A stretch of DNA of 64,000 nucleotides from Ignavibacteriota bacterium (GTDB lineage Bacteria > Bacteroidota > Ignavibacteria > UBA10030 > UBA6906). Of this stretch, positions 18,819-28,646 are shown piece by piece; position 1 is the stretch's first letter; each line of letters opens with the position of its first letter. The position numbers and the translations under genes were made by a program. A model generated the notes under the pieces. That model saw nothing but the letters and a program-made list of their open reading frames with translations. It was not told the origin of the DNA and did not search any database. Location: NCBI GenBank assembly GCA_963843525.1, contig CAWJKM010000007.1:405188-469187 (forward strand), in the 5' to 3' direction.

Positions 18819-20255
18819 TCAGTCGGCCGTCTTCACACACTCGGCAAAAAGATCGATCCGACACTCCTCGAACGTTATCTTTGTACACCGCGAACGGAAG
18901 GGTGAGGCGAGGAACAACCGATGCATATCTTCTTCCGTGCGATGAATCAGGTTCCACTCCAGCACATGGTCCATGAATTCCTTTGCGGGATTATCGGGAT
19001 GGAAATTCCCCAGAATAATCCTCCCGCCGGGGTTCAGGTGGTCATAAGCGAAGTGGAGCAGTTTGCCAACCAGTTTATCGTTGAGATAATCGATCAAACC
19101 AACACTGTAAATCATATCCTGAAGCGGGACCTGAACCCTGCCGCGGCCAAGGAAGAGGGCAATGAGGTTTTCGTTAATGAGGTCGATTTGCGTCGCGAGC
19201 TTTGACTTCCCCCGAAGATCGTCTACGAACGCAAGAGCCTGGAGGTCGATATCCAAAAGAGTCATTTTGAGCTTCGTCTTATCCGGAAGCTCCGAAAATG
19301 CATCGAAGACTTCCGATGCGGGTCCGCTCGCCAGGCACATGACGCGCGCCTGATGAGGTGCTTCTTCAACCGTCCGGAGAATTTCTCCCGCGAGTAATTT
19401 GCGCCGGTTCCTTACCGCGATGCATGGGGGCATTTCGAGGAACATCCTGTCAATGAGTGGACCGAGCCTGCTTGCACCGGAGGGCATATTCTGATAAATG
19501 CCGTGGATCGCAAGGTAGTCCCCCGCGTACCCTCTGGGCTTGGAATAAAAGCGTTCCGCGGTTCCTGTCGTAAGGAGATACGGCAACATATCGTTTTGAA
19601 GGCTTGCGCCGAGCTGCTCCTTTTCCGAACCGGTCAGGGGAGAGCCCTCTCCGAGGGCCCGGTGCAACGACTTCATCATCGAATTGGCCTGATCCATGAA
19701 TGCGGTCGTCGACGAATCTGCCATCACTCCCGATTTGATCGCTTCTTTATCGATACGCACCATCAGTGCTTTGAATCGGTCGATTTCCTCCTGCGTGGCC
19801 TGGACGAGGTCGCTCTGCGATTTTTCAGCACCGGTTTCGTGAAGGAGAGCGATAAATTTCAGAGAGAGACGGTGGTATTTGTCCGACATCGACGCGATCA
19901 CGGCTCTGTAAAGATCGGCAGCATAAATATGATCGTGTTCGAGCTTCGGGGAGAGCAGCAAGCGGGGGATATCCAGGACACGCGATGGTTCCACGGCGCG
20001 AAAGGTGGTGTGGGCCAGGTCGTTTGTGAAAAAGGGGACTTCACCGAGGGTGTTCCCAGGGGCAATCCGTTCGACCTGATGCGCTGAAGAGGCTCCGCCC
20101 ATCGAAGCAAAAAGACCGTCAAGGACGATAAAGAACGAATCGCAGCGTTCGCCCTCTTTTATAAGGACTTCGCCTTCCGACACAAGTCGGTCTCTGCCTT
20201 TCTGCACCATCCACTGAAGAACGTATTCCGGCACCAACTGGAGCAGATCGGGCAT
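18819..20255 (-). CDS. Cyclic-nucleotide-binding domain protein fused to a class I SAM-dependent methyltransferase-like C-terminal domain
   Basis: cNMP-binding domain (GEVLIKEGERCDSFFIVLDGLF ... GEVPFF). The C-terminal part has Rossmann-like MCLASGPASEV ... LLDIDLQALAFV ... NPGGRIILGNF. Confidence 0.5.
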   Translation of the reverse strand: MPDLLQLVPEYVLQWMVQKGRDRLVSEGEVLIKEGERCDSFFIVLDGLFASMGGASSAHQVERIAPGNTLGEVPFFTNDLAHTTFRAVEPSRVLDIPRLLLSPKLEHDHIYAADLYRAVIASMSDKYHRLSLKFIALLHETGAEKSQSDLVQATQEEIDRFKALMVRIDKEAIKSGVMADSSTTAFMDQANSMMKSLHRALGEGSPLTGSEKEQLGASLQNDMLPYLLTTGTAERFYSKPRGYAGDYLAIHGIYQNMPSGASRLGPLIDRMFLEMPPCIAVRNRRKLLAGEILRTVEEAPHQARVMCLASGPASEVFDAFSELPDKTKLKMTLLDIDLQALAFVDDLRGKSKLATQIDLINENLIALFLGRGRVQVPLQDMIYSVGLIDYLNDKLVGKLLHFAYDHLNPGGRIILGNFHPDNPAKEFMDHVLEWNLIHRTEEDMHRLFLASPFRSRCTKITFEECRIDLFAECVKTAD

Positions 20256-20990
20256 ATAAACCTCCTGGAATTGTTATATTGAGACAGCCCGTGATCCACC
20301 CATTCAAGCGATTGCACAGAGCCGCAGGATCTTCCTTCATCCTCAGAAAGACTCTAACGTAGGAATTTCCACCCGTTCGTTCAAGGCCTGACTGAATGTT
20401 CAGGCTCGTCATGGCTATGCCGGGCAGCGGAATGTCCTCGTGCATCCTGCTAACCTCCGATAGATACATCACGCCGATCTAAGTCTGAGTTGGCTTGTAA
20501 TGAAAAATTTCCATTCGTCCACGCGATTGAGAATCCTCGTCACCTCGCATAGAAGCCATTCGGGCAAAATGCTATATTTCCTATCATCACGAAATGCGGA
20601 TTGTGTGCGAAGGATCACAATTTTCTAACGATTGAATGCATAATCTTCTAGAGATCGTAATACTGTTGTCGTCCCCCTCCCCACGAATAGGGGAGAGACA
20701 GCGGCAACGAGTTCGCGACGTTATGATTACCGGCCATCCGATCCCCCGCTCGCTTTGCCTGCTCTCACAGCTCTTTCGATATCTCCACCCCAGTGTTCGG
20801 CCTGGCTCCTTTGGGAAACTCACGCAATGGTCTTTCTTAAGGGAGGAAGACTTGTGGCTTCACTATTGAACAAATGACTTTTTCGCCTTCGGTGATCACG
20901 TATTGTGCCTGGTTCACCGGGTTGCCTCCCATTCAGTCAAATGAAGTTTTCGTTTCGGTCCGTTGCGTATCTATCAGGGGGTAGTTTCAT

Positions 20991-22268
20991 ATGCTGCAAG
21001 GACAAACGTTGTCGGACAAGGAAATAGTGGTCGGAATAAACAGGTTCAATCTCATCATGAACCGCTATCCTGCCAACGTTCTGGAGGCAGTGCGCCTCAA
21101 AATCATTCACGATCCGGTCAGCCTCCTCAACTCTCTTCGGAGAAGGTTTATGCGTTCGGAACTCGAGGCCACCGAATTCCTTAATTGCATTCACTTCCAT
21201 CCGGGGATCGTACGTGCAGATCTTCTCCATCTGGTCAACGTGCTGTCTCTCAATTGGAAACCCTGGGTGGTCACGTTTGAACACTATCTACCTCGATGGG
21301 ACAAATCGTCAACGTTCGGGATCCGACTGCTTGCAGGCAACTCCTGCAGGAAGATTATTGCGATGAGCGAGTATGCCCTGCGAACACAGGAAAGCATCCT
21401 TGCACAGTTTCCGAGGGAGGAAGCTGCCATACGGAATAAGATGACGGTGGTCTACCCGGCTCAGGAAACGCTAACGAATTCGGCCAGGGAGAAACGACCG
21501 GCGGACGCCGACCTCTCCGTCGTGCTTGTCGGGCATGAGTTCTTTCGAAAAGGCGGGAAAGAAGTCCTCCGGGTCTTCGAAAGACTTATCTCCGAAGGCG
21601 AACATCTCTCTCTTACGATTGTCTCTTCATTGGCCACCGGAGACTACGCTTCGTGCTCCACGGATGAAGATCGTCGGGAAGCCCTGGCGACAATCGAGAG
21701 GCTGGGAAATCATGTTCAGTACCACTCGATAATTCCCCGAGATCAAGTCCTGGAGATTTTCAGGAGATCGGATCTGGCCCTTCTGCCGACGTATGATGAC
21801 ACGTTTGGGTTTTCCGTTCTTGAGGCGCAGGCCGCGGCTTGCCCCGTGATCACAACACGTTGCTGTGCGTTGCCGGAGATCAATAATTCGGACTGTGGGT
21901 GGCTGATCGACGTGCCGGTGGATGAATTGGGAACTCCCCTCCACGACACGGTGGAACAACGTGCCGAACTCTCAAAGGCCATTGAGGTTGGGCTCTATGC
22001 CCTCTTGAAAAACATTTGCAGAGATCCGCTTGTTGTCCGTCTCAAGGGCGCCGCCGCACTTGAACGGATCAAGACGCAACACGACCCGGGAATCATTGCA
22101 GGAAAAATGGAAAACATCTACCGGGAGGCGTTGACGGGGACAATTCGGCAACGGTCTGGACTCACGAAATCTTCATTCTTTTTCGGCATGAATACCCGGA
22201 GTCCCTTTTACCCTTCGAATACTAAGCGACTTTTTGTGGGGGGTGACAGGAACAAGGATGTCAGATAG
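20991..22268 (+). CDS. Glycosyltransferase family 4 (GT-B, GT1 clan)
   Basis: VLVGHEFFRKGGKEVLRVFERL ... FGFSVLEAQAAACPVITT, the EX7E-type GT4 C-terminal domain signature. Confidence 0.7.
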   Translation: MLQGQTLSDKEIVVGINRFNLIMNRYPANVLEAVRLKIIHDPVSLLNSLRRRFMRSELEATEFLNCIHFHPGIVRADLLHLVNVLSLNWKPWVVTFEHYLPRWDKSSTFGIRLLAGNSCRKIIAMSEYALRTQESILAQFPREEAAIRNKMTVVYPAQETLTNSAREKRPADADLSVVLVGHEFFRKGGKEVLRVFERLISEGEHLSLTIVSSLATGDYASCSTDEDRREALATIERLGNHVQYHSIIPRDQVLEIFRRSDLALLPTYDDTFGFSVLEAQAAACPVITTRCCALPEINNSDCGWLIDVPVDELGTPLHDTVEQRAELSKAIEVGLYALLKNICRDPLVVRLKGAAALERIKTQHDPGIIAGKMENIYREALTGTIRQRSGLTKSSFFFGMNTRSPFYPSNTKRLFVGGDRNKDVR

Positions 22269-22597
22269 CCATAACAGGAAAAGTGGCGCAAAATCCGTAG
22301 GGATAGGCGTTTGGGCGCTCCACCCCCTGCCCGCTGCCTCTTCGCTCCCTCGGGGGGGTCATCGGGTGAGCAAATATCTGAATCCTGGTTCACCATCGCT
22401 TCTCTCCTCTCCGAGGTAACGATCTTCTCACCGTCTGACGCGGGCTGCTCCATTCTGCCCGCAAGGGCCCGCCAACTCACCCCCGAAGCATATTCCACCT
22501 CCCGTGATCTCCCAATGCTGTGAGTTCCGCAACCTTTTCCCCCTTATCCCAGTCTAAGATGTATCAGCACTGTGCGTTACCCACCACGCGGGGCGAG

Positions 22598-23161
22598 ATG
22601 AACGATCACGAACTGATCCGAATGGCGCGCGACGGCAATGTCGGCGCCTTTGAGGAACTCGTCTATCGGCACGATAGAAGCGTCCTGTCGATCACTGCAC
22701 GTTATGTAACCAGCTCCGAAGAGGCCAAGGATATCTATCAGGAAGTCTTTTTGCGGGTGTTCCGCAACCTGAAGGATTTCCGGTTTCAGAGCGAGTTCTC
22801 GACATGGCTTTATCGGATCACAGTGAACGTCTGTCTGACGCACCTCTCGAGCCAGCGTTCCTCCGGGAGAAGGCAGAAGCATCACGATGAATCCGGGGAT
22901 GATAGCCAGGAGGATGGGGATATAGCAGACACTGCCGAAGGTCCTGACGGACAGGCCGTGCAGTCCGATATTGCTGAACATGTACATGACGGGCTTGCCC
23001 GGTTGGCGCCAAAGCATCGCATGGTATTCACGTTGCGACATCTCGAAGGATATTCTCTGAAGGAAATTGCAGCCATGATGGATTGTGCAGAAGGCACAGT
23101 GAAGAGGTATCTGTTCGATGCAACCCGCAAGATGAGAAATCACCTGAAGGACTTCGCATGA
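22598..23161 (+). CDS. RNA polymerase ECF-type sigma-70 factor
   Basis: Region 2 (ELVYRHDRSVLSITARYV...DIYQEVFLRVFRNLKDFRFQSEFSTWLYRITVNVCL) and region 4 (LKEIAAMMDCAEGTVKRYLFDATRKMRNHL). An acidic insert lies between regions 2 and 4. ORF open from 22520; I prefer the ATG at 22598, which gives the canonical 'HELIRMARDGNVGAFEEL' N-terminus. Confidence 0.85.
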   Translation: MNDHELIRMARDGNVGAFEELVYRHDRSVLSITARYVTSSEEAKDIYQEVFLRVFRNLKDFRFQSEFSTWLYRITVNVCLTHLSSQRSSGRRQKHHDESGDDSQEDGDIADTAEGPDGQAVQSDIAEHVHDGLARLAPKHRMVFTLRHLEGYSLKEIAAMMDCAEGTVKRYLFDATRKMRNHLKDFA

Positions 23162-24120
23162 GACACAGGAAATATGAAGAGCTGCTCGTTCTCTCTGTGA
23201 ACGGAGTGCTCAATGCGGCAGAAGAGTCAGAGCTCGCGCAGCATCTCGCAGGCTGTTCTCAATGCAGGAATGAACGGGTGTTGCTGCAAAAGCTGGAGAA
23301 GTCTGTGGAGGCTGCCCGTGAAGTCCCCCGGGCCGACGAAGCCCTCTTACAGGAATCGCGGCGGGATCTGCATGCCTTGCTCCTCAGGGAGGTGCACGCC
23401 CAGCAAAGGATCTCGCTGTTTGCTCGTTTTCGGGAATTGGCTTCGCCGGTTCGAATCAGCTTCGGCGGCGCACTCGTCTTCATGCTGGCTGTCGGACTCG
23501 TTGCCGGATGGTTCCTGCGGCCTGATCATGAACCAGCCAGATCCCCGCAAGGACTCGCAACTCCTGCAACGGCTTCATTTCCACAGGAAGGAAAGACCGA
23601 GATTGCGAATGTTCGATTTTTTGATAGGGGAGAATCTTCCGGCACGGTGGAGTTTTCCTTCGACGCGATCACACCTGTGCGAATGCGTGGAAGCGTCGAT
23701 GACCCGGCGATTCAGAAAGTCCTGGTCAGGGCGGTCCTGCACGATGAGAATCCCGGCGTGCGGTTGACGGCGATGAACGCAATCAGTGCGGGGCAACCTT
23801 TCCCTGAGGACAAAGAAATTGAAACAGCTCTGGTCAAAGCGTTGAAATCTGATCCCAATGCCGGTGTCAGAAAGCAAGCGCTCGCGATGCTGCACAAAAT
23901 GCCCCTTACCGAAGAGATCAAACAGGCGTTTCTGAATACTCTCGTATCCGACGCCAACCCCGGGCTTCGGGTCGCTGCAATTAACGCTCTCGATGAGACG
24001 TGGGGTCAGTCGGGAACCATCGACCCGAAAATACGTGAAATCCTTCAAGAGAGAGTGCAATCCGACAAAAACGATTACGTTCGCCTGAAAGCGAAGGCCG
24101 TCCTTCTGGAGAAACCATGA
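23158..24120 (+). CDS. Anti-sigma factor: N-terminal putative zinc-finger (ZAS-like), one TM helix, periplasmic HEAT-repeat domain
   Basis: Its start overlaps the sigma stop (ATGA at 23158-23161). Contains HLAGCSQCRNE and the TM helix GALVFMLAVGLVAGWFL. HEAT/PBS-lyase-like repeats: DENPGVRLTAMNAI, DPNAGVRKQALAML, DANPGLRVAAINAL, DKNDYVRLKAKAVL. Confidence 0.7.
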   Translation: MRHRKYEELLVLSVNGVLNAAEESELAQHLAGCSQCRNERVLLQKLEKSVEAAREVPRADEALLQESRRDLHALLLREVHAQQRISLFARFRELASPVRISFGGALVFMLAVGLVAGWFLRPDHEPARSPQGLATPATASFPQEGKTEIANVRFFDRGESSGTVEFSFDAITPVRMRGSVDDPAIQKVLVRAVLHDENPGVRLTAMNAISAGQPFPEDKEIETALVKALKSDPNAGVRKQALAMLHKMPLTEEIKQAFLNTLVSDANPGLRVAAINALDETWGQSGTIDPKIREILQERVQSDKNDYVRLKAKAVLLEKP

Positions 24121-25250
24121 CTATTCACATGTACGTCCGTAGAATCTGGCTCACTGCGCTCTTCATCGCTTGTGTCATTGCCGTAACCCCGGCCCGGGCA
24201 CAAGGGCTCAGCGCAAAGTCCTTTTCCGTGACGCCCGACGGTACGCTGAAAATCTCCCTTGGCGCCGGGAATATTCACATTGCCACGTGGGAGAAAGGGG
24301 AGGTGAGAATAAACGCCGTCGACAATGATAATCAGCTCCTCATGACGCAGGACGGCAATACGGTTGTCGTGAAGTCGTCGGGAGACGTAGACATCCAGGC
24401 AACCATCCCTTCACGTTTCAATATTGATCTGCAGTGCGGGAGCGGCGACATCAGCATCGACGGCCCGCTGGCAGGATCTCTGAAGGGGAAGACGAGCGGC
24501 GGAGGTATTAATCTCGGAAATCTCTCCGGGACGATCACGATGAGCACGAGTGGCGGAGAGATCACCGGGGGAAATATGCGTGGGAAGGTATCGGTGGTAT
24601 CGGCCGGTGGGAATCTCCGGCTCGGGAACGTGGAGGGCGATGCGGATCTTCAGACCGACGGTGGAGATATTGATGTCAAAGAGGTCGGGAAGTCGGTTTC
24701 CGCTAGCACGTCAGGTGGAAACGTATCGGTCGGGAAAGTCGGAGGGTCCGCGCGACTCTCGACGTCCGGCGGGGATGTGGAAGTCGGTCCTGTGGGAGGA
24801 GATTGCTCTCTCACCAGCTCGGGTGGCAATATTATTGTCCACGGGTGCGAGGCGAAGGCCTCGGCAAGCACTGCAGGGGGCGATTTGACCCTTGAGAATG
24901 TTGCCGGCTCTTTTTCCGGCTCGACTGCCGCGGGCAATATCGAGGCAACTTTGCTGAGTAGCGGCAAATCGAAGCGAACCGATGGCAGTCTCGCAAGTGG
25001 CGGAGGGAATATCCGGATTGTCGTGTCTCCTGCAATCAGTGCGGTGATCACCGCAAGAGTGCATTTCACGGACCGGTGGCAACGCGATCACGACGAAGAA
25101 TATATCACTTCGGATTTTCCCGCTGAATCTTACCACAAAGATGATCAGTCCGGGGAGATCATTGCAACCTATCGTGTGAACGGCGGAAGCGGCAGTATTA
25201 CTCTTGATGCTTCCATGGGCAGCATTACCATTCGCAAAGGCGCGCACTGA
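24117..25250 (+). CDS. DUF4097-family beta-strand repeat protein (putative adhesin / cell-envelope stress module partner)
   Basis: Start overlaps the anti-sigma stop (ATGA). Signal peptide, then repeated '..SGG.I.V..V.G....TSGGDV' units typical of DUF4097. This family is often co-encoded with ECF sigma/anti-sigma pairs. Confidence 0.65.
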   Translation: MTIHMYVRRIWLTALFIACVIAVTPARAQGLSAKSFSVTPDGTLKISLGAGNIHIATWEKGEVRINAVDNDNQLLMTQDGNTVVVKSSGDVDIQATIPSRFNIDLQCGSGDISIDGPLAGSLKGKTSGGGINLGNLSGTITMSTSGGEITGGNMRGKVSVVSAGGNLRLGNVEGDADLQTDGGDIDVKEVGKSVSASTSGGNVSVGKVGGSARLSTSGGDVEVGPVGGDCSLTSSGGNIIVHGCEAKASASTAGGDLTLENVAGSFSGSTAAGNIEATLLSSGKSKRTDGSLASGGGNIRIVVSPAISAVITARVHFTDRWQRDHDEEYITSDFPAESYHKDDQSGEIIATYRVNGGSGSITLDASMGSITIRKGAH

Positions 25251-25251
25251 G

Positions 25252-27873
25252 ATGATTGCAGCAGCAATGCTCGTTATGGCGCTCGCCACAGACACGGGAT
25301 CCACGGCGACTCCTGAAGTTCAAGCACTTCGGGTTGCGGAGCCCATCGTGGTGGACGGAAAGCTCGACGATGCCGAATGGGAATCGGTCCCGGTGTTCAC
25401 CCGCTTTGTGCAGCGGGATCCGATTGAGGGCGCATCGCCGTCGATGAGGACAGAAGTGCGCATTGCGTACGATGATGACGCGATCTACATCGCCGCCCGG
25501 ATGTTTGACCCTGCTGCGGATTCAATCACAGTCCGCCTCGGGCGGCGTGATGTGCAGCAAAACGCCGACCTCTTCCAGGTGTATCTCGATACTTATCACG
25601 ACCGCCGATCGGGCTACTATTTCGGTGTCGACGCTGCCGGCACGATGTACGACGGAATATTGTATAACGACGATTGGAACGACGATTCCTGGGATGGTGT
25701 GTGGGAGGCGAAGGTCCGGCGCGATGGATCCGGGTGGACAGCCGAACTCCGGATTCCCTTTTCCCAGCTCCGATTTCAGGATCAACAGAGCTATCGTTGG
25801 GGGATCAATTTCCAGCGTGACATCGCCCGCCGGAGTGAGACGGATTGGATTACCTTCACTCCAAAGAATGGAAGCGGATTTGTGTCCCGGTTTGCCACTC
25901 TGACGGGCATTGGGGAAATAACGCCTCCACGACGCATTGAACTCCTGCCATATCTCACGACCCGTGCGGAATATCTCCAACACCCTTCAGGCGATCCGTT
26001 CAATAACGGCGCGCGGTATACACCCCGGGTCGGGCTGGATGTCAAAATGGGGCTTGGTTCAAACCTCACCCTCGACGGCACCGTAAACCCGGATTTTGGT
26101 CAGGTGGAAGTCGACCCTGCTGTGGTCAATCTCGGCGATGTGGAAACATACTTCAATGAGAAACGACCGTTTTTCATCGAGGGTTCTTCAACGTTCAACT
26201 TCGGCCGTGGCGGCGCGGTCAGCTATTGGGGATTCAACTGGTCTGATCCGCAGTTCTTCTACAGCCGACGGATCGGAAGGGCTCCGGAGGGAGCATTGCC
26301 ACAGGCCGACTTTGCCGACGTGCCATCGGGAACAGCGATTCTCGGTGCTGCAAAGCTGACCGGCAAAGCAGGCCAGGGGTGGAACATTGGTGCGATCGAG
26401 GCGGTGACCGGAAGAGAACACGCTGACATTCAATTGTCGGGGAATCGATCGAGACTGGAGGTGGAGCCGTTGACTTCCTACACAATCGCGCGCGTGCAGA
26501 AGGAATTCAGCGAAGGCGGTCAGGGTCTCGGGGCGATGGCGACGATGACCTCTCGATTCTTCGACGAATCCTCGCTCCGGGATCAATTGAATTCCGGCTC
26601 GAACGTCGCCGGACTGGATGGTTGGACCTTCCTCGACAGTAGTCGCACATGGGTTCTCACCGGCTGGGGATCGGGTTCATTCGCGCGCGGGAGCAGTGAT
26701 CGTATGATCGCACTGCAAAGCAATGCGCAGCACTACCGCCAGCGGCCGGATGCCCTTCATGCAAGGATCGACAGCAGTGCAACGTCTGTCTCCGGATATG
26801 CAGGACGTCTCATGCTTTCCAAACAAAAAGGGAATTCCTTTGTAAACTCGGCAATCGGTGTGATCAGTCCCGATTTCGACATCAACGACCTGGGATTCCT
26901 CTGGCGTGCCGATGTGGTCAATATGCATGCCGTGGCAGGGTATCAGTGGACCAGTCCAACATCCTGGTATCGAAGCATTGTTACCGGGACCGCTCTCTTC
27001 CGCACGCTCAACTTTGACGGGATTACGACATGGGAGGGAATCTACAGTTACGCGACCTACCAGTTCCTCAATTATTACACGTTCCGATTCGACTGGGCAT
27101 ACAACCCACAAACCTCGAATGACCGGCGGACTCGCGGCGGGCCTCTAACCCTGAATCCCAAGGGGTACCAAATCGATTGGGAGATTCAGACGGACCCGAG
27201 GAAAGACATCGTGGGAGACGTCTCGTTCTTTTTCTATCGAGACCGCGAGGCAACCTGGTCACTCTCGGCTTCCATCGATGCACACCCGCTCCCAAACCTG
27301 GAAATCAGCGTTGGGCCGGAGATCGACAAGAACAGCGACTATGCCCAGTGGGTCGGTGCTTTTGCGGATCCCGCAGCCACTGCGACGTACGGTACACGGT
27401 ATATGTTCGCCCTTCTGGATCAGACAACTCTCTCAGCAAACATCAGGATAAACTGGACGTTCACTCCGCATCTGAGCCTCCAGCTCTACCTGCAGCCGTT
27501 GATCTCGTCTGCATCGTACCGTGACTTCCGAAGTCTCGTCAGGCCCGGGTCATACGATTTTCTGACCTATGGGACCAACGGATCGACCGTGTCAAACAAC
27601 GGAGGAAATGTTGTGGCCGATCCCGACGGGAACGGTCCCGTGGCATCGATTGGATTTCCCGACCCGAGTTTTCTGTTCAGTTCCCTCAGGGGCAATGCAG
27701 TCCTTCGCTGGGAATATCTCCCGGGCTCGACTCTTTATCTCGTCTGGACACAGACAAGGTCGGAATCTGATCAATGGGAGAATATTCTGTTCCGCTCGTC
27801 TGTCCGCCGTCTTGTGAATATCCGGCCGGATAACATCTTCATGGCAAAGCTCACGTACTGGTGGAACAGGTGA
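25252..27873 (+). CDS. DUF5916 domain protein with N-terminal CBM9-like carbohydrate-binding domain
   Basis: EPIVVDGKLDDAEWESVPVFTRFVQRDPIEG...IRIAYDDDAIYIAARMFD matches the CBM9-like module. The long C-terminal beta-rich region is consistent with DUF5916. The ATG lies 1 nt after the DUF4097 stop. Confidence 0.55.
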   Translation: MIAAAMLVMALATDTGSTATPEVQALRVAEPIVVDGKLDDAEWESVPVFTRFVQRDPIEGASPSMRTEVRIAYDDDAIYIAARMFDPAADSITVRLGRRDVQQNADLFQVYLDTYHDRRSGYYFGVDAAGTMYDGILYNDDWNDDSWDGVWEAKVRRDGSGWTAELRIPFSQLRFQDQQSYRWGINFQRDIARRSETDWITFTPKNGSGFVSRFATLTGIGEITPPRRIELLPYLTTRAEYLQHPSGDPFNNGARYTPRVGLDVKMGLGSNLTLDGTVNPDFGQVEVDPAVVNLGDVETYFNEKRPFFIEGSSTFNFGRGGAVSYWGFNWSDPQFFYSRRIGRAPEGALPQADFADVPSGTAILGAAKLTGKAGQGWNIGAIEAVTGREHADIQLSGNRSRLEVEPLTSYTIARVQKEFSEGGQGLGAMATMTSRFFDESSLRDQLNSGSNVAGLDGWTFLDSSRTWVLTGWGSGSFARGSSDRMIALQSNAQHYRQRPDALHARIDSSATSVSGYAGRLMLSKQKGNSFVNSAIGVISPDFDINDLGFLWRADVVNMHAVAGYQWTSPTSWYRSIVTGTALFRTLNFDGITTWEGIYSYATYQFLNYYTFRFDWAYNPQTSNDRRTRGGPLTLNPKGYQIDWEIQTDPRKDIVGDVSFFFYRDREATWSLSASIDAHPLPNLEISVGPEIDKNSDYAQWVGAFADPAATATYGTRYMFALLDQTTLSANIRINWTFTPHLSLQLYLQPLISSASYRDFRSLVRPGSYDFLTYGTNGSTVSNNGGNVVADPDGNGPVASIGFPDPSFLFSSLRGNAVLRWEYLPGSTLYLVWTQTRSESDQWENILFRSSVRRLVNIRPDNIFMAKLTYWWNR

Positions 27874-28127
27874 GGGCCCTCCCTGGTCTGATTTCAGAGT
27901 TCTTGGGCCTCACATGGAGATCCCATTCCTAAAAAAACCTCGCGCCAGACACGATAACCCCCACCCTCCTATTTCGGTGGTTGGGCTTGGCATTTTACCT
28001 TTTGTTTCTTTTCTTTTCCTCTAAGCTGCAAGTTCAAGAGTCCATAGGCGCTGGCCTTCGGAACCCCCGGGGGAGGTGCCTCGACCTGTAGGCGGGCTTT
28101 CCTTCCACTCACCCTGAAGCTCCAACC

Positions 28128-28646
28128 ATGAACCGGGCAGTCGGATCTGTGCTCATATTGCTTGTCCTTTTTGGTCTGGGGGGATGTAACGAAGAGCTGG
28201 GTCCTCTGAACGAACCCTCGGGCTTCAGTGGAGTCATCAGGTTCCGTCACTGGCCGCCGGTAGAGAGCATTCGCGAAATGCGACTTGTTGCATTCGAGTC
28301 AGTTCCTACCGATAGCGGGGGCATCATCCCGATGCTGATTGCCGGGAAGGCTGCGGCATACCCACCGATCGGGCAGGACTATCTCCCCACGCTCGTCGAT
28401 AGCGTGCACTACGAGTTCACCACAGCGATCGGAACGAACCTTCAGATCAAGAACTACGAGTACGTAGCAGTGATGTACCAGTATGGTCCGAACATCCTAT
28501 CCGACTGGCGTCCTGCGGGTGTCTTCTCCTCCGGACCACCGGCTTCCCAACCGGCTGCTGTACGCGTTATCCTGCATCATGTCATTCCCAATATCGACAT
28601 TCAGGTGGATTTTGACAGTCTTCCACCCATCCCATGGCGCCCATGA
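28128..28646 (+). CDS. Hypothetical lipoprotein
   Basis: Lipoprotein signal MNRAVGSVLILLVLFGLGGC. No other motifs. Confidence 0.4.
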   Translation: MNRAVGSVLILLVLFGLGGCNEELGPLNEPSGFSGVIRFRHWPPVESIREMRLVAFESVPTDSGGIIPMLIAGKAAAYPPIGQDYLPTLVDSVHYEFTTAIGTNLQIKNYEYVAVMYQYGPNILSDWRPAGVFSSGPPASQPAAVRVILHHVIPNIDIQVDFDSLPPIPWRP

